36,836 nucleotides of DNA from Polyangiales bacterium (GTDB lineage Bacteria > Myxococcota_A > Polyangia > Polyangiales > Houyiibacteriaceae): positions 1-36,836 of the forward strand of contig JBGCFM010000264.1 of assembly GCA_045106895.1 (NCBI GenBank), read 5' to 3'. Below the pieces are notes generated by a model, which worked only from the letters and a program-made list of their open reading frames with translations, did not search any database and had not been told where the DNA came from. Of this stretch, positions 27,468-36,066 are shown in pieces (position 1 is the first letter of the stretch; each line of letters begins with the position of its first letter). The translations under genes were made by a program, and so were the position numbers.

Positions 27468-28325
27468 ATGCTGAACCTCGACGAGTTTGAGAGCGTCTTC
27501 CGTTCCGCGAGTAAAGAACCGTTTACGTACTCGCCCCCCGACCCAAAACACGTCCTGGTGATCACCGACGTGAGCGGGGATGAACTCGAAACCTATCTTG
27601 CCGCGGTCAAAGAACTCCTCGCGCCGATGAGCGCGCGATGTACCGATCTGCGCTGGACCATCAAAGACAGCTTCGAGGGCGTTGAAGGCATCTTGCGGCT
27701 CGTCGAAGAGACGCAGCCTGACCTCATCGTGACCTACCGGAACCTAAAGTCCGACGCGTGGGCCTACAAGTACAGCCTCGGCGTCTACCTTAACGCGCTC
27801 ACGCGCGGGACGGGGCACCCTGTTCTCATCACTCCAAGCCCTCGCGCGTTTCCGAGCATGAAGTGGAAGCACTCGCTGACAGACCAGGTGATGGCCATCG
27901 ACGACAGCCTCACGGGCGACGACAGCCTCATCAACTGGGCGGCGCTCATGATGCGTGAGAAAGGGCAGCTCCATCTCACGCACATGGAAAACGCCGATGT
28001 GTACGAACGCTACATCGACGCGATCTCGAAGATCCCGCGGATGGACACGAGCACCGCGAAGGACACACTGATGGCGCAGCTGCTCAAAGAACCTCGAGAC
28101 TACATCGAGTCCGTTCGGCGAGCGCTCGAAGCGGCAGGCGCTGGATACAACGTCGTCGCGCATGTGGACAGTGGTCACCGCGTCGCCGACTACCGCACCG
28201 TCATCGACGCCGAGGCCATCGACTTGGTTGCGTTTCCAACGCTGGAGCAAGACCGCATCGCGCTCCATGGCGCCGCCTACTCACTCGCCGTGGAGCTCGT
28301 CGAGACTCCCGTGCTGATGGTCTGA
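27468..28325 (+). CDS. Tandem universal-stress-protein-like protein
   Basis: Two alpha/beta halves (HVLVITD...PDLIV...HPVLI; VMAIDD...LHLTH...IDLVAF...TPVLMV). Ends 2 bp before the permease. Confidence 0.65.
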   Translation: MLNLDEFESVFRSASKEPFTYSPPDPKHVLVITDVSGDELETYLAAVKELLAPMSARCTDLRWTIKDSFEGVEGILRLVEETQPDLIVTYRNLKSDAWAYKYSLGVYLNALTRGTGHPVLITPSPRAFPSMKWKHSLTDQVMAIDDSLTGDDSLINWAALMMREKGQLHLTHMENADVYERYIDAISKIPRMDTSTAKDTLMAQLLKEPRDYIESVRRALEAAGAGYNVVAHVDSGHRVADYRTVIDAEAIDLVAFPTLEQDRIALHGAAYSLAVELVETPVLMV

Positions 28326-28327
28326 AC

Positions 28328-29692
28328 GTGCACGAACCTTCCACCACAACCACGCTGATCTTCGCGGTCCTTTTGACCTTGATGGTGCTGACCCTCGCCC
28401 TTGAGGAGAAGCTCCACGCGAAGAAGTCTTACATCACCGGCGTCTACGCGGTGCTCGCGCTGGCCTTGGGCCACATGCTTCACGTCCTTCCCTTTGGGCC
28501 ACTAACGAGCGGCGACGGCGAAGTACGCAACCTGCCCGTCTACATTCTTGGAATCGACTGGGGCGTCATCGCGATTCTCCTCGGCTCGAGCCTCTTCGTC
28601 GACGTGACTAGCCGTTCGGGCCTCTTCACGTGGATCGCGATCAAGCTGACGAAGGCGTCGAAGGGCGACCCACGCCGGCTGCTTTTCGCCTACGGCACCA
28701 TGACGGTCCTCTTCTCCGCGCTGCTCAACAACGTCACCGCCATGCTCATCGTTGGCTCGCTGACGGCAGTGTCGCTGGAGAAACTCGGACGACGCGACAA
28801 GCTCTTGGCGTTCTTGCTCATCGAGGGACTCCTCACGAACGTCGGCGGTCTGCTCACGCTCGTCTCATCCGTGCCGAATATTATCGTCGGCACCGCCGCG
28901 AACATCTCCTTCGTTCAGTTCTTCGTCGCCGCCGGCCCCTACGTCCTTGTCGCGACGATTCTCACGCTGGTCATCGGAGCGCGGCACTACAAGATTCAGA
29001 AGCTCGACAGCGACGAAGAGCGTGCCGTGGCAAAACAGCGCGTCGACTCGTTCGATGAAAACGACGGCGTAGACTCCAAGCGCTTCTTCCGTTTCAGCGG
29101 CGTGATGCTTGCGCTCTTCATCGCGTCCCTCGCGGCGAGCAGTGTCTTTGACTACCCGCTCGGCATGGGATTCGTCGCGATGGCCTTCGGCATACTCATG
29201 CTCAGCGCCTACAAAGGTGAAGTCGACCGCTTCTACCGCGCCATCGACTGGGACATGCTTCTCTTCTTCGCGTTCCTATTCATCGTCATCGATGTCATGG
29301 AGCACGCCCACGTCCTCGAGTGGGTGGGCCATGGGCTCGCCGCCGTGGTCGGTCTAAACGACTCTGTCGAGGGCGCAGGAACGGCCGCGACACTTGTGAG
29401 CGCGGCGGGCTTCTCCGCGGTCACGGACAACATTCCGCTCTCTGCGATGCTCTCGAAGATCCTCGCCGGCATGCAGCCACTCAGCGATGACCGCCTCTGG
29501 TGGAGCGTCATATTCGGCGCCAACCTCGGTGGGAACATCACGCCCATTGGGTCCGCAAGCACCGTCGTCGCCGTGACGTTGATGCACAAATATGGTGAAC
29601 CGATGCCCTTCATGGGCTTCGTGAAGGCCGCCCTTCCCTTCGCACTTCTGCAACTCGCGCTCGCGATGGTGTACGTTCTCTTGTTCCTCTAG
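28328..29692 (+). CDS. ArsB/NhaD/SLC13 (IT superfamily) permease
   Basis: About 11-12 hydrophobic segments; motifs SALLNNVT, NVGG.LT..SS.PNII, SAVTDNIP and GANLGGNITPIGSAS. Confidence 0.9.
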   Translation: MHEPSTTTTLIFAVLLTLMVLTLALEEKLHAKKSYITGVYAVLALALGHMLHVLPFGPLTSGDGEVRNLPVYILGIDWGVIAILLGSSLFVDVTSRSGLFTWIAIKLTKASKGDPRRLLFAYGTMTVLFSALLNNVTAMLIVGSLTAVSLEKLGRRDKLLAFLLIEGLLTNVGGLLTLVSSVPNIIVGTAANISFVQFFVAAGPYVLVATILTLVIGARHYKIQKLDSDEERAVAKQRVDSFDENDGVDSKRFFRFSGVMLALFIASLAASSVFDYPLGMGFVAMAFGILMLSAYKGEVDRFYRAIDWDMLLFFAFLFIVIDVMEHAHVLEWVGHGLAAVVGLNDSVEGAGTAATLVSAAGFSAVTDNIPLSAMLSKILAGMQPLSDDRLWWSVIFGANLGGNITPIGSASTVVAVTLMHKYGEPMPFMGFVKAALPFALLQLALAMVYVLLFL

Positions 29693-29696
29693 ACCG

Positions 29697-31121
29697 CTAC
29701 CGAGGTTCAAAGAGGACAGGCAGTATGAGGTGCGCAGGTCGGGCGGGTGGAGGCGCTGCGGGTTCGCCCACCGCGTCCACCAAACATGCGGCGAGCGCCG
29801 CATTGCCGCCGGCGCGCCATCGAACCTCCACATCGGACATCGTTCCTTCCGTCGAGACGTCGAAGTGAAGCTCCGCCAGTCCCGTCGCGTCGCCATCCAC
29901 TTCAAGTGCCCTGCGATAGCAACTGGCAACGGACTCGCGAGCTGCGCTGAGCGCGCGTTCCCGATGGCGCCACGATCCTTCGATGGACGGGTATAGAAAC
30001 GTAACGCCCTGAGTTCCGCCGATCGCAGCCGGAACAGCCCGCGGCTCCGGCGCATCACCCAGGTCTACGCGAACGAGGATCGCCCGCCGAACCTCACGCG
30101 CAGGGGGCTCGAACTGAAGCGGCGCCATCGCCTGGACTGCGGCCTCCGGCATAAAGTAGACCAGCGCATCACGTTTAGCCGCGAGGTTGTCCGGAGCGCG
30201 CATGTCTTGCACACGCTCCCCAACTCCAGTGTTGCTCCCCAAGAGGTCGACCACCCAGCCGCGCATGAAGGCGCGTGACTCCGCCTCGGTCATGCCGCGG
30301 GCGCGAAGTTCCGCTTCGAGAAATCGCTGACCTTCGATGGGCGTTCCGGCGGTTTCCGTGGGGAGAACAAGTTGTTCCCCGGATGCCGGCGCATCAAAGA
30401 CGTGAACCCGCGTGTCATCGAGACGCTCGCCGCGGCGAATATGCATCAGCCTACCTGGCAAAGCCGCGTGCGCATGAACGACGAACCCGTCCTCGCCTTG
30501 AGAGACCTCGATGGGAAGCGCGACCCGAACTTGGCTTCGATAGAACAGCTGTTTCCAGCTCCTCCCATCGACCTCCAGGCAAGCCGCATCGTCGGTCTCA
30601 TACGCCCGCAAGAAGCTCGCCTCGCAATATCCGTCGGGGCGACCACCACATGTACTTCGCCCACCAGCGGGGTAGCCGTCGCTGCCCGGTGGACACCTGG
30701 CGTGAGACGCGATGAGGTCCCAACGATATTGACTTCCCTCGTTGTGGGCGGTGGGCAAGTGCTCGACCATCGTGCCTTCGCCCACATCGAAGGTCACTCG
30801 TATCTCCATTGGGCGAGCGGGCTCGTCGAAGTGGAAGTAGATGACGGGTCTCCCTTCGTCTCCGTGAACTCGAGTCCTCGGTGGCACAGCCGACGCAGCG
30901 GGCGTACGGGGGCTCGCACGACGAGCGCGCCCCGTCGCGAGGCTCAGCGAGCCGTCGCGGCCGCTCGCAAAATGATGACCGATGAAACCCCACTCGTGCA
31001 CCGTGAAGGTGCTGCTCTCGGCCAAGGCCGGCGCACTCGATGTCGGCGGCGTCTCGGGAGCCGTTGGCGGGGGCGAATCGCTGCAGCCAACGATCGAGAG
31101 AAGAACCAAAGCGTAACGCAT
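29697..31121 (-). CDS. Lipoprotein with a VHEWG N-terminal domain and an AgmX/PglI (TonB-C-like) C-terminal domain
   Basis: Lipobox LSIVG-C; FTVHEWGF and PVIYFH. C-terminus VASCYRRAL...GLAELHFDVSTEG....V...LAACL...PPP. Confidence 0.72.
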   Translation of the reverse strand: MRYALVLLSIVGCSDSPPPTAPETPPTSSAPALAESSTFTVHEWGFIGHHFASGRDGSLSLATGRARRASPRTPAASAVPPRTRVHGDEGRPVIYFHFDEPARPMEIRVTFDVGEGTMVEHLPTAHNEGSQYRWDLIASHARCPPGSDGYPAGGRSTCGGRPDGYCEASFLRAYETDDAACLEVDGRSWKQLFYRSQVRVALPIEVSQGEDGFVVHAHAALPGRLMHIRRGERLDDTRVHVFDAPASGEQLVLPTETAGTPIEGQRFLEAELRARGMTEAESRAFMRGWVVDLLGSNTGVGERVQDMRAPDNLAAKRDALVYFMPEAAVQAMAPLQFEPPAREVRRAILVRVDLGDAPEPRAVPAAIGGTQGVTFLYPSIEGSWRHRERALSAARESVASCYRRALEVDGDATGLAELHFDVSTEGTMSDVEVRWRAGGNAALAACLVDAVGEPAAPPPARPAHLILPVLFEPR

Positions 31122-31150
31122 CCGTAAACGCTACCACCTTGGACACGGAA

Positions 31151-31573
31151 CTACTCGACGGGCTCCCAGCCACCGCCCCGCTGTCGCCGCCGGTGTTCCG
31201 GGCGAAGCTCACTGCGTGCATCCGAATGAAGCAGCTCGCACGGGTCGAACCAGTGGTGCGTTCGAGCGCGTGCGCGAATCGGCGGGAGCGTACCTTCAAA
31301 CTCGGAGTTGTCGGGGCACCGCGCGTGCCAGAGCGCATAGCGTTCCGGGACGCTGTCGAAGGTGAGCACTTCTTTGATGCCGCCGTTGCAGTTGGTGCTG
31401 ACAACGAGGACCTCGAGCGCACTTGTATTCAACTGAAGCACCACGTCGTGGTGGAACTCCCCCTGCTTCCAATGGGCGAGCAGCTCGAACTCACCATGTC
31501 GCTCTTTGACGCGGTTGAGCAACGCGCCGAGGACCAAGGTATCGGCGAGCTCTTTCACGTTGCATGGGGTCAT
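31151..31573 (-). CDS. Hypothetical protein (140 aa)
   Basis: Clean ORF with complex sequence (HWKQGEFHHDVV, TNCNGGIKEV, HWFDPCELL, RQRGGGW) that fills the gap between neighbours. Function unknown. Confidence 0.75.
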   Translation of the reverse strand: MTPCNVKELADTLVLGALLNRVKERHGEFELLAHWKQGEFHHDVVLQLNTSALEVLVVSTNCNGGIKEVLTFDSVPERYALWHARCPDNSEFEGTLPPIRARARTHHWFDPCELLHSDARSELRPEHRRRQRGGGWEPVE

Positions 31574-31620
31574 GGAGTTGGGTCTCGAGCTGTGGGGCGG
31601 TCGGTTGTGTCAGCGAGGAC

Positions 31621-31656
31621 AAAAAGAAACGCTGAGCCCTTTTGAAGGACTCAGCG
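31621..31656 (-). terminator. Rho-independent terminator after the LuxR-type gene
   Basis: Minus strand: CGCTGAGTCCTT-CAA-AAGGGCTCAGCG followed by TTTCTTTTT. Confidence 0.8.
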
Positions 31657-31682
31657 CGATTCTTCTCAAGCGTGCGCTTGTT

Positions 31683-32435
31683 CTAGATGAACAGAGCCGG
31701 ACCAACGACGAGTCGACGAACCGCGTCAACCTGTCGATGACAGCCCATCTTGCCCAGGATGTGCTTCACATGCGTTCGTGTGGTCTCAACCCCGACTTCG
31801 AGAGCCGTCGCGATCTCACGGGGCGTAAGGCCAAGCACGAGGTGGGCGGCGACCTTCGCTTCCGTTGGCGTGAAGCCATGATGAATACGAAGGATGTCCG
31901 CATCCGGAGAAAGCGCTCGTTCGGGGTCACCGATGACCATCAGAACGGCGTCGGGCTCGTCGATTCCGACGAAAAGAACATGCGTCGCGTTCTCTCCGCG
32001 CTCGATGCGGAGTGCCTCGGATGCGTGGGTGTCGCCGATGACGCGAGCGATGGCTGCGTCGATCTTGCGCTGAAGCGCCGGAGTGCCGCCCTGAATCGCA
32101 CCGGTGGGCGAGCGCTTGAGGTGTACACCATCGATCAGCCGCTCCGCCTCCGAGTTGGACGCGAGAATCGACTCCTTCGTGACGACGGCGACGCCGACGG
32201 GCAGGCGCTCAAGAGCACCCCCCAAAGCACGTACACGCTGCGAGAGCATGGAGTGCCGGAGCTGCAGGCGAGTGAATGCGCCGAGGAGGGCTTCGACGGC
32301 CGGGTCGAGCTCCTTCCCCTGTACGCTCAGGCGCTGACGCCACCCGGCTTCGTCAAGTGGCTCCTCCGATGCATGGACCCCCGAAGCGTCTTGAGCTTCG
32401 AGTTGGACCCAGCGATTCCCCAATGCACTACTCAT
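31683..32435 (-). CDS. LuxR-family HTH regulator with a PAS-like domain
   Basis: LERLPVGVAVV...SNSEAERL (PAS-like) and FTPTEAKVAAHLVLGLTPREIATALEVGVETTRTHVKHILGKMG.HRQ (LuxR HTH). Start ATG 32435 is probable. Confidence 0.88.
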   Translation of the reverse strand: MSSALGNRWVQLEAQDASGVHASEEPLDEAGWRQRLSVQGKELDPAVEALLGAFTRLQLRHSMLSQRVRALGGALERLPVGVAVVTKESILASNSEAERLIDGVHLKRSPTGAIQGGTPALQRKIDAAIARVIGDTHASEALRIERGENATHVLFVGIDEPDAVLMVIGDPERALSPDADILRIHHGFTPTEAKVAAHLVLGLTPREIATALEVGVETTRTHVKHILGKMGCHRQVDAVRRLVVGPALFI

Positions 32436-32555
32436 GGGTCTTATTGTGCCCGAATTTTCCGCACACACCATACCTAAAACAGGTGATATTAATAAACTGT
32501 GACGAATCGATACCTTAGCGGGCAAGGATAGGCCCGGCTAAGAAGCCCGAATTCT

Positions 32556-33137
32556 ATGCGTACCATACAGAGGAAGCTCTTCTTTACACCGACTTCACCC
32601 TATGCCCGTAAGGTTCGTGTGTGTGCGGCGGTTCAAAACGTTCCGCTCCTGTGCGTCGAGGCGAACCCATTTGAGGACGTCGCTGAGGTCCTCAAGGAGG
32701 CGCCGATGGCCCGTGTTCCAGCGCTGGTGACATCTGTCGGCACGTTTCACGACAGCTGGGCGATCTGCCAACACCTTGGGATGGTTGCCGGGGACCCCGC
32801 AGACCTGGAGCTGCTCTCTTTGGGGGATGGGTTGATGGACGCCGCCGTCGCCGCGGTGCTCGAAGCGCGCCGCCCGGGGATGGGCTTTGGCGGCGGAAAC
32901 GAAGCGTGGATCGCGCGGCAACTCGAACGCGTCGAACGCCTCCTCGATGTCCTTTCCAACAAAGCGCCGACACCATCCGCGCGTTGGAGCATGGGTAGCA
33001 TCAGCTTGGCCGTCGCCCTCGCCTACCTCGACTTTCGCCATCCATCCGTCGCATGGCGCAAGCGCCAGGAGCTCGCGGAGTTTGCGCACTCGCATTTCGA
33101 ACGCGACGTGATGCAAGCCACCCGCTTTCCGACGTAG
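32556..33137 (+). CDS. Glutathione S-transferase family protein
   Basis: SPYARKVRV, PMARVPAL, DSWAICQHL and ISLAVALAYLDFR. Confidence 0.9.
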   Translation: MRTIQRKLFFTPTSPYARKVRVCAAVQNVPLLCVEANPFEDVAEVLKEAPMARVPALVTSVGTFHDSWAICQHLGMVAGDPADLELLSLGDGLMDAAVAAVLEARRPGMGFGGGNEAWIARQLERVERLLDVLSNKAPTPSARWSMGSISLAVALAYLDFRHPSVAWRKRQELAEFAHSHFERDVMQATRFPT

Positions 33138-33220
33138 CGTGCGATTCGTAGAGTTCCGCACAGACTGCCGTCGACATCCGGCAAGCCCCGGGGTACCCCG
33201 TCGCTCCAGCAGGTGAAGGA

Positions 33221-34702
33221 GTGAGTGTGGCCGATCCGTCCATCGACGAGCAAATCAACGCCGCGCTTGCGCCCGCAAGCGCCGCATTTTCCGAAGCGGT
33301 CTTTTTTAAGATCAGCCTGCTTGGCGTCGAGGTGCCCCTCGTCGTGCTCTGGCTCGTGGGTGGCGCGCTCTTCTTCACGCTCTATTTTCGCGGCATCAAC
33401 CTCCGCGGAATCCCCTTGGCGATGCGAATCCTCAAAGGGGAATTCGATGAGAAAGACGCCGTCGGTGAGATCAGTCATTTCGAAGCGCTGACCACCGCGC
33501 TCTCTGGCACCGTCGGCATCGGCAACATCGGCGGCGTAGCCGTCGCCATCAGCGTCGGCGGCCCCGGAGCGACGTTCTGGATGATCGTCGCCGGCCTCCT
33601 CGGGATGGCCACCAAGTTTATCGAATGCACCCTTGGGGTTCGTTACCGGCGCGTGAACGACGACGGCAGCGTCTCCGGCGGACCGATGTTCTACCTTCGA
33701 CAAGGTCTCGTCGAACGCGGCATGCCCAACGTGGGTCGTGCGCTGGGCACCTTCTACGCCGGCGGCATCGTCATCGGCTGCCTCGGCATCGGCAATATGT
33801 TCCAGGCAAACCAAGCGTTCGTGCAGCTTCGCGCCGTCACGGGTGGCGAAGAAGGCCTCTTGGGCGGCATGGGGTGGGCCGTCGGGCTGGTCCTCGCCGT
33901 TCTGGTCGGAGCCGTGATCATCGGCGGCATCGGCGCCATCGCCAAGGTCACCGCTCGTCTGGTGCCTCTGATGGCCGTGCTCTACCTCGGCGGCACACTC
34001 ACGGTCATCGCGATGCACGCGAGTGCATTGCCGGAAGCCATCGGCGCGATCATCGATGGCGCGTTCACCGGCTCGGGCGTTGCGGGCGGCGCGATCGGTG
34101 CGGCCGTGGTGGGCATGCAGCGCGCGGTGTTCTCCAATGAGGCCGGCATCGGCTCCGCATCCATCGCTCATGCCGCCGTGAGGACCAACCGGCCCGCCAC
34201 CGAGGGCCACGTCGCGCTCTTCGGTCCCTTCCTCGACACCGTCGTCATCTGCACGCTCACAGCGCTCACCATTGGCGTCGCGACGGTCACCTGGCCGGAC
34301 TTCATGAGCTCCGGCGCGGAAGGCGTCGCCATGACGTCGGACGCCTTTGGACGCACCGTCTCCTGGTTTCCAATTCCCCTCGCCTTCATCGCCGTGCTCT
34401 TCGCGGTCTCCACGATGATCTCATGGGCCTACTACGGCATGAAAGGTTGGGCCTACCTCTTCGGTGAAGCGCAGAGAACACGACGCGTCTTCGCGGTGAT
34501 CTTCTGCGTCTTCGTCGCCATCGGCGCCTCCATCAAGCTCGAAGCGGTGCTCAACTTCAGCGACGCCATGGTGTTCGTTCTTTGTGTTCCAAACGTCCTG
34601 GGTCTCGTTCTTTTGGCGCCCGTTGTTCGTGACGAATTGGCTTCTTTGAGGCACCGCGCAGCAGAGATTGAGGGTAAGCCGAACGCCAAAGGCCCGGCGT
34701 AA
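33221..34702 (+). CDS. Alanine/glycine:cation symporter (AGCS family)
   Basis: ALSGTVGIGNIGGVAVAI..GGPGATFWM, GGPMFY, GNMFQAN, RAVFSNEAGIGSA, DTVVICT and FAVSTMISWAYYG. Confidence 0.95.
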   Translation: MSVADPSIDEQINAALAPASAAFSEAVFFKISLLGVEVPLVVLWLVGGALFFTLYFRGINLRGIPLAMRILKGEFDEKDAVGEISHFEALTTALSGTVGIGNIGGVAVAISVGGPGATFWMIVAGLLGMATKFIECTLGVRYRRVNDDGSVSGGPMFYLRQGLVERGMPNVGRALGTFYAGGIVIGCLGIGNMFQANQAFVQLRAVTGGEEGLLGGMGWAVGLVLAVLVGAVIIGGIGAIAKVTARLVPLMAVLYLGGTLTVIAMHASALPEAIGAIIDGAFTGSGVAGGAIGAAVVGMQRAVFSNEAGIGSASIAHAAVRTNRPATEGHVALFGPFLDTVVICTLTALTIGVATVTWPDFMSSGAEGVAMTSDAFGRTVSWFPIPLAFIAVLFAVSTMISWAYYGMKGWAYLFGEAQRTRRVFAVIFCVFVAIGASIKLEAVLNFSDAMVFVLCVPNVLGLVLLAPVVRDELASLRHRAAEIEGKPNAKGPA

Positions 34703-34736
34703 ACGAAAAGCCCGAGCACTCTCCCCGCGCTCGCGC

Positions 34737-34771
34737 TGTAACCCGATGTAACCCGTTCAGCGGGTTACATC
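34737..34771. promoter_or_regulatory. Perfect 11-bp inverted repeat plus an extra direct half-site (putative operator or hairpin)
   Basis: GATGTAACCCG-TTCAG-CGGGTTACATC at 34745-34771, with another TGTAACCCG at 34737. Confidence 0.5.
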
Positions 34772-34832
34772 CCGCAGGTTGGCACCAGACTGGATGGATG
34801 CTGAGCCAAGGAGGCTCGGCGGGGGAACACAC

Positions 34833-36056
34833 ATGATTCGATTTGCGCTTCTAACCTGCACCTGCCTCTTGCTCGGCTCCGCTTTCGCTCAGACAGCAAG
34901 AGCGGACCTACCAGCCGGCGTCGTCTTCGACGACAGCTTTCCGTTCTACAAGGCGCAAGAGCACAGCGAAATGAACAACAACCGGCCAACGAACCGCTAT
35001 GCGCTCTTCTCGTGGGCGCGACTCCTCGGGGAGAACATCCCGGCCGGGAGCGGATGGCGTTTCGTCTACAAGCAAGGTCGCCGTACGCTGGCCACCGCCA
35101 CCTGCAACGGCAACGCTGCCTTCCGGCGGCAGAACCGAGGCAACACGCCCCACGACACCTTCGTGGCGGCGCGTTGTAGTACCGGCGACGAAGACTTCCT
35201 AACGGCAACCGGCGCCATCACCGTCGAAGTGTTCTTCATCAACGACGACGACGACTCCGTCACGCAGGTCGCGACGCACGAAATCGATGTGCGCGAGCTT
35301 CGGCAAGAGGCCCACGACGGCGCTGAGCGCACGAGCGACTATGCCGTCAACTTGCATGGCTTTGGCGCCGTGGTCTTCTTGGACCAGGTCGAGCGCGGCG
35401 AGCAATACACGTTCAGCGGCATGAGCGGACTTGAGATGAGTGGGGGTACTGCGGGAAATAGCCAAGTGAACCTCGTCATGACGCGCTCCAGCGGACATGG
35501 CCCGGATCGCACCTACCGCCTGCGTTGCTCCGTGGACGGAACCCGCATCGACTTTGGGCACGCCCGAATGGACGATGGAAGCGTGAGCCAGCGTCGCTCG
35601 CAATCGACGCAGATTCTTCGCGGCGGACCAAGCACAGAGCGAGAGTACTTCCACTTTCAGACCGACCGTTACCGCCTGCCTATCGTCTGGGGCGACAACA
35701 CAAACGGGGCACGCCTCGAAGACCACCCAGGGCGATGGGAGTGCGACCTGCGCGACGGGGAGCGACGCACCATCCGCGAGTTCGCTTTCAGCGTGGCGGA
35801 CGGCATGATCCAGGCGCACCCCGAAGAAGCCGGGGTGAACTTCCCGGCCCGCGTGCATCTCGCCGACGTTTCACTTCCAGGCGATAACGAAGCTGACGAC
35901 CGAACGGACCCCGCCGTGGCCCGCAGCGAGGCATTTTGGGGACGTGGTTTTCAGTCCGAAGAAGGTCGCGCGATGGGCGCTCGGGTGGCGCAGGTCGGCG
36001 AATCCTACCCGCGTTCCGCTCGCACGCGACGCGGTCGCAGCCGCCGGCGACGCTGA
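34833..36056 (+). CDS. Secreted hypothetical protein with an Arg-rich C-terminal tail
   Basis: ATG 34833 after GGGGGA. Signal peptide MIRFALLTCTCLLLGSAFAQTARA, beta-rich body, ends RSARTRRGRSRRRR. Confidence 0.78.
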   Translation: MIRFALLTCTCLLLGSAFAQTARADLPAGVVFDDSFPFYKAQEHSEMNNNRPTNRYALFSWARLLGENIPAGSGWRFVYKQGRRTLATATCNGNAAFRRQNRGNTPHDTFVAARCSTGDEDFLTATGAITVEVFFINDDDDSVTQVATHEIDVRELRQEAHDGAERTSDYAVNLHGFGAVVFLDQVERGEQYTFSGMSGLEMSGGTAGNSQVNLVMTRSSGHGPDRTYRLRCSVDGTRIDFGHARMDDGSVSQRRSQSTQILRGGPSTEREYFHFQTDRYRLPIVWGDNTNGARLEDHPGRWECDLRDGERRTIREFAFSVADGMIQAHPEEAGVNFPARVHLADVSLPGDNEADDRTDPAVARSEAFWGRGFQSEEGRAMGARVAQVGESYPRSARTRRGRSRRRR

Positions 36057-36066
36057 AAGAGCGTCG

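Noticed and set aside
32498..32513. TGTGA half-site in the AT-rich luxR/GST divergent promoter as a Crp/Fnr site
   Set aside because: The second half-site (GATAC) is a poor match to TCACA, so support is insufficient.
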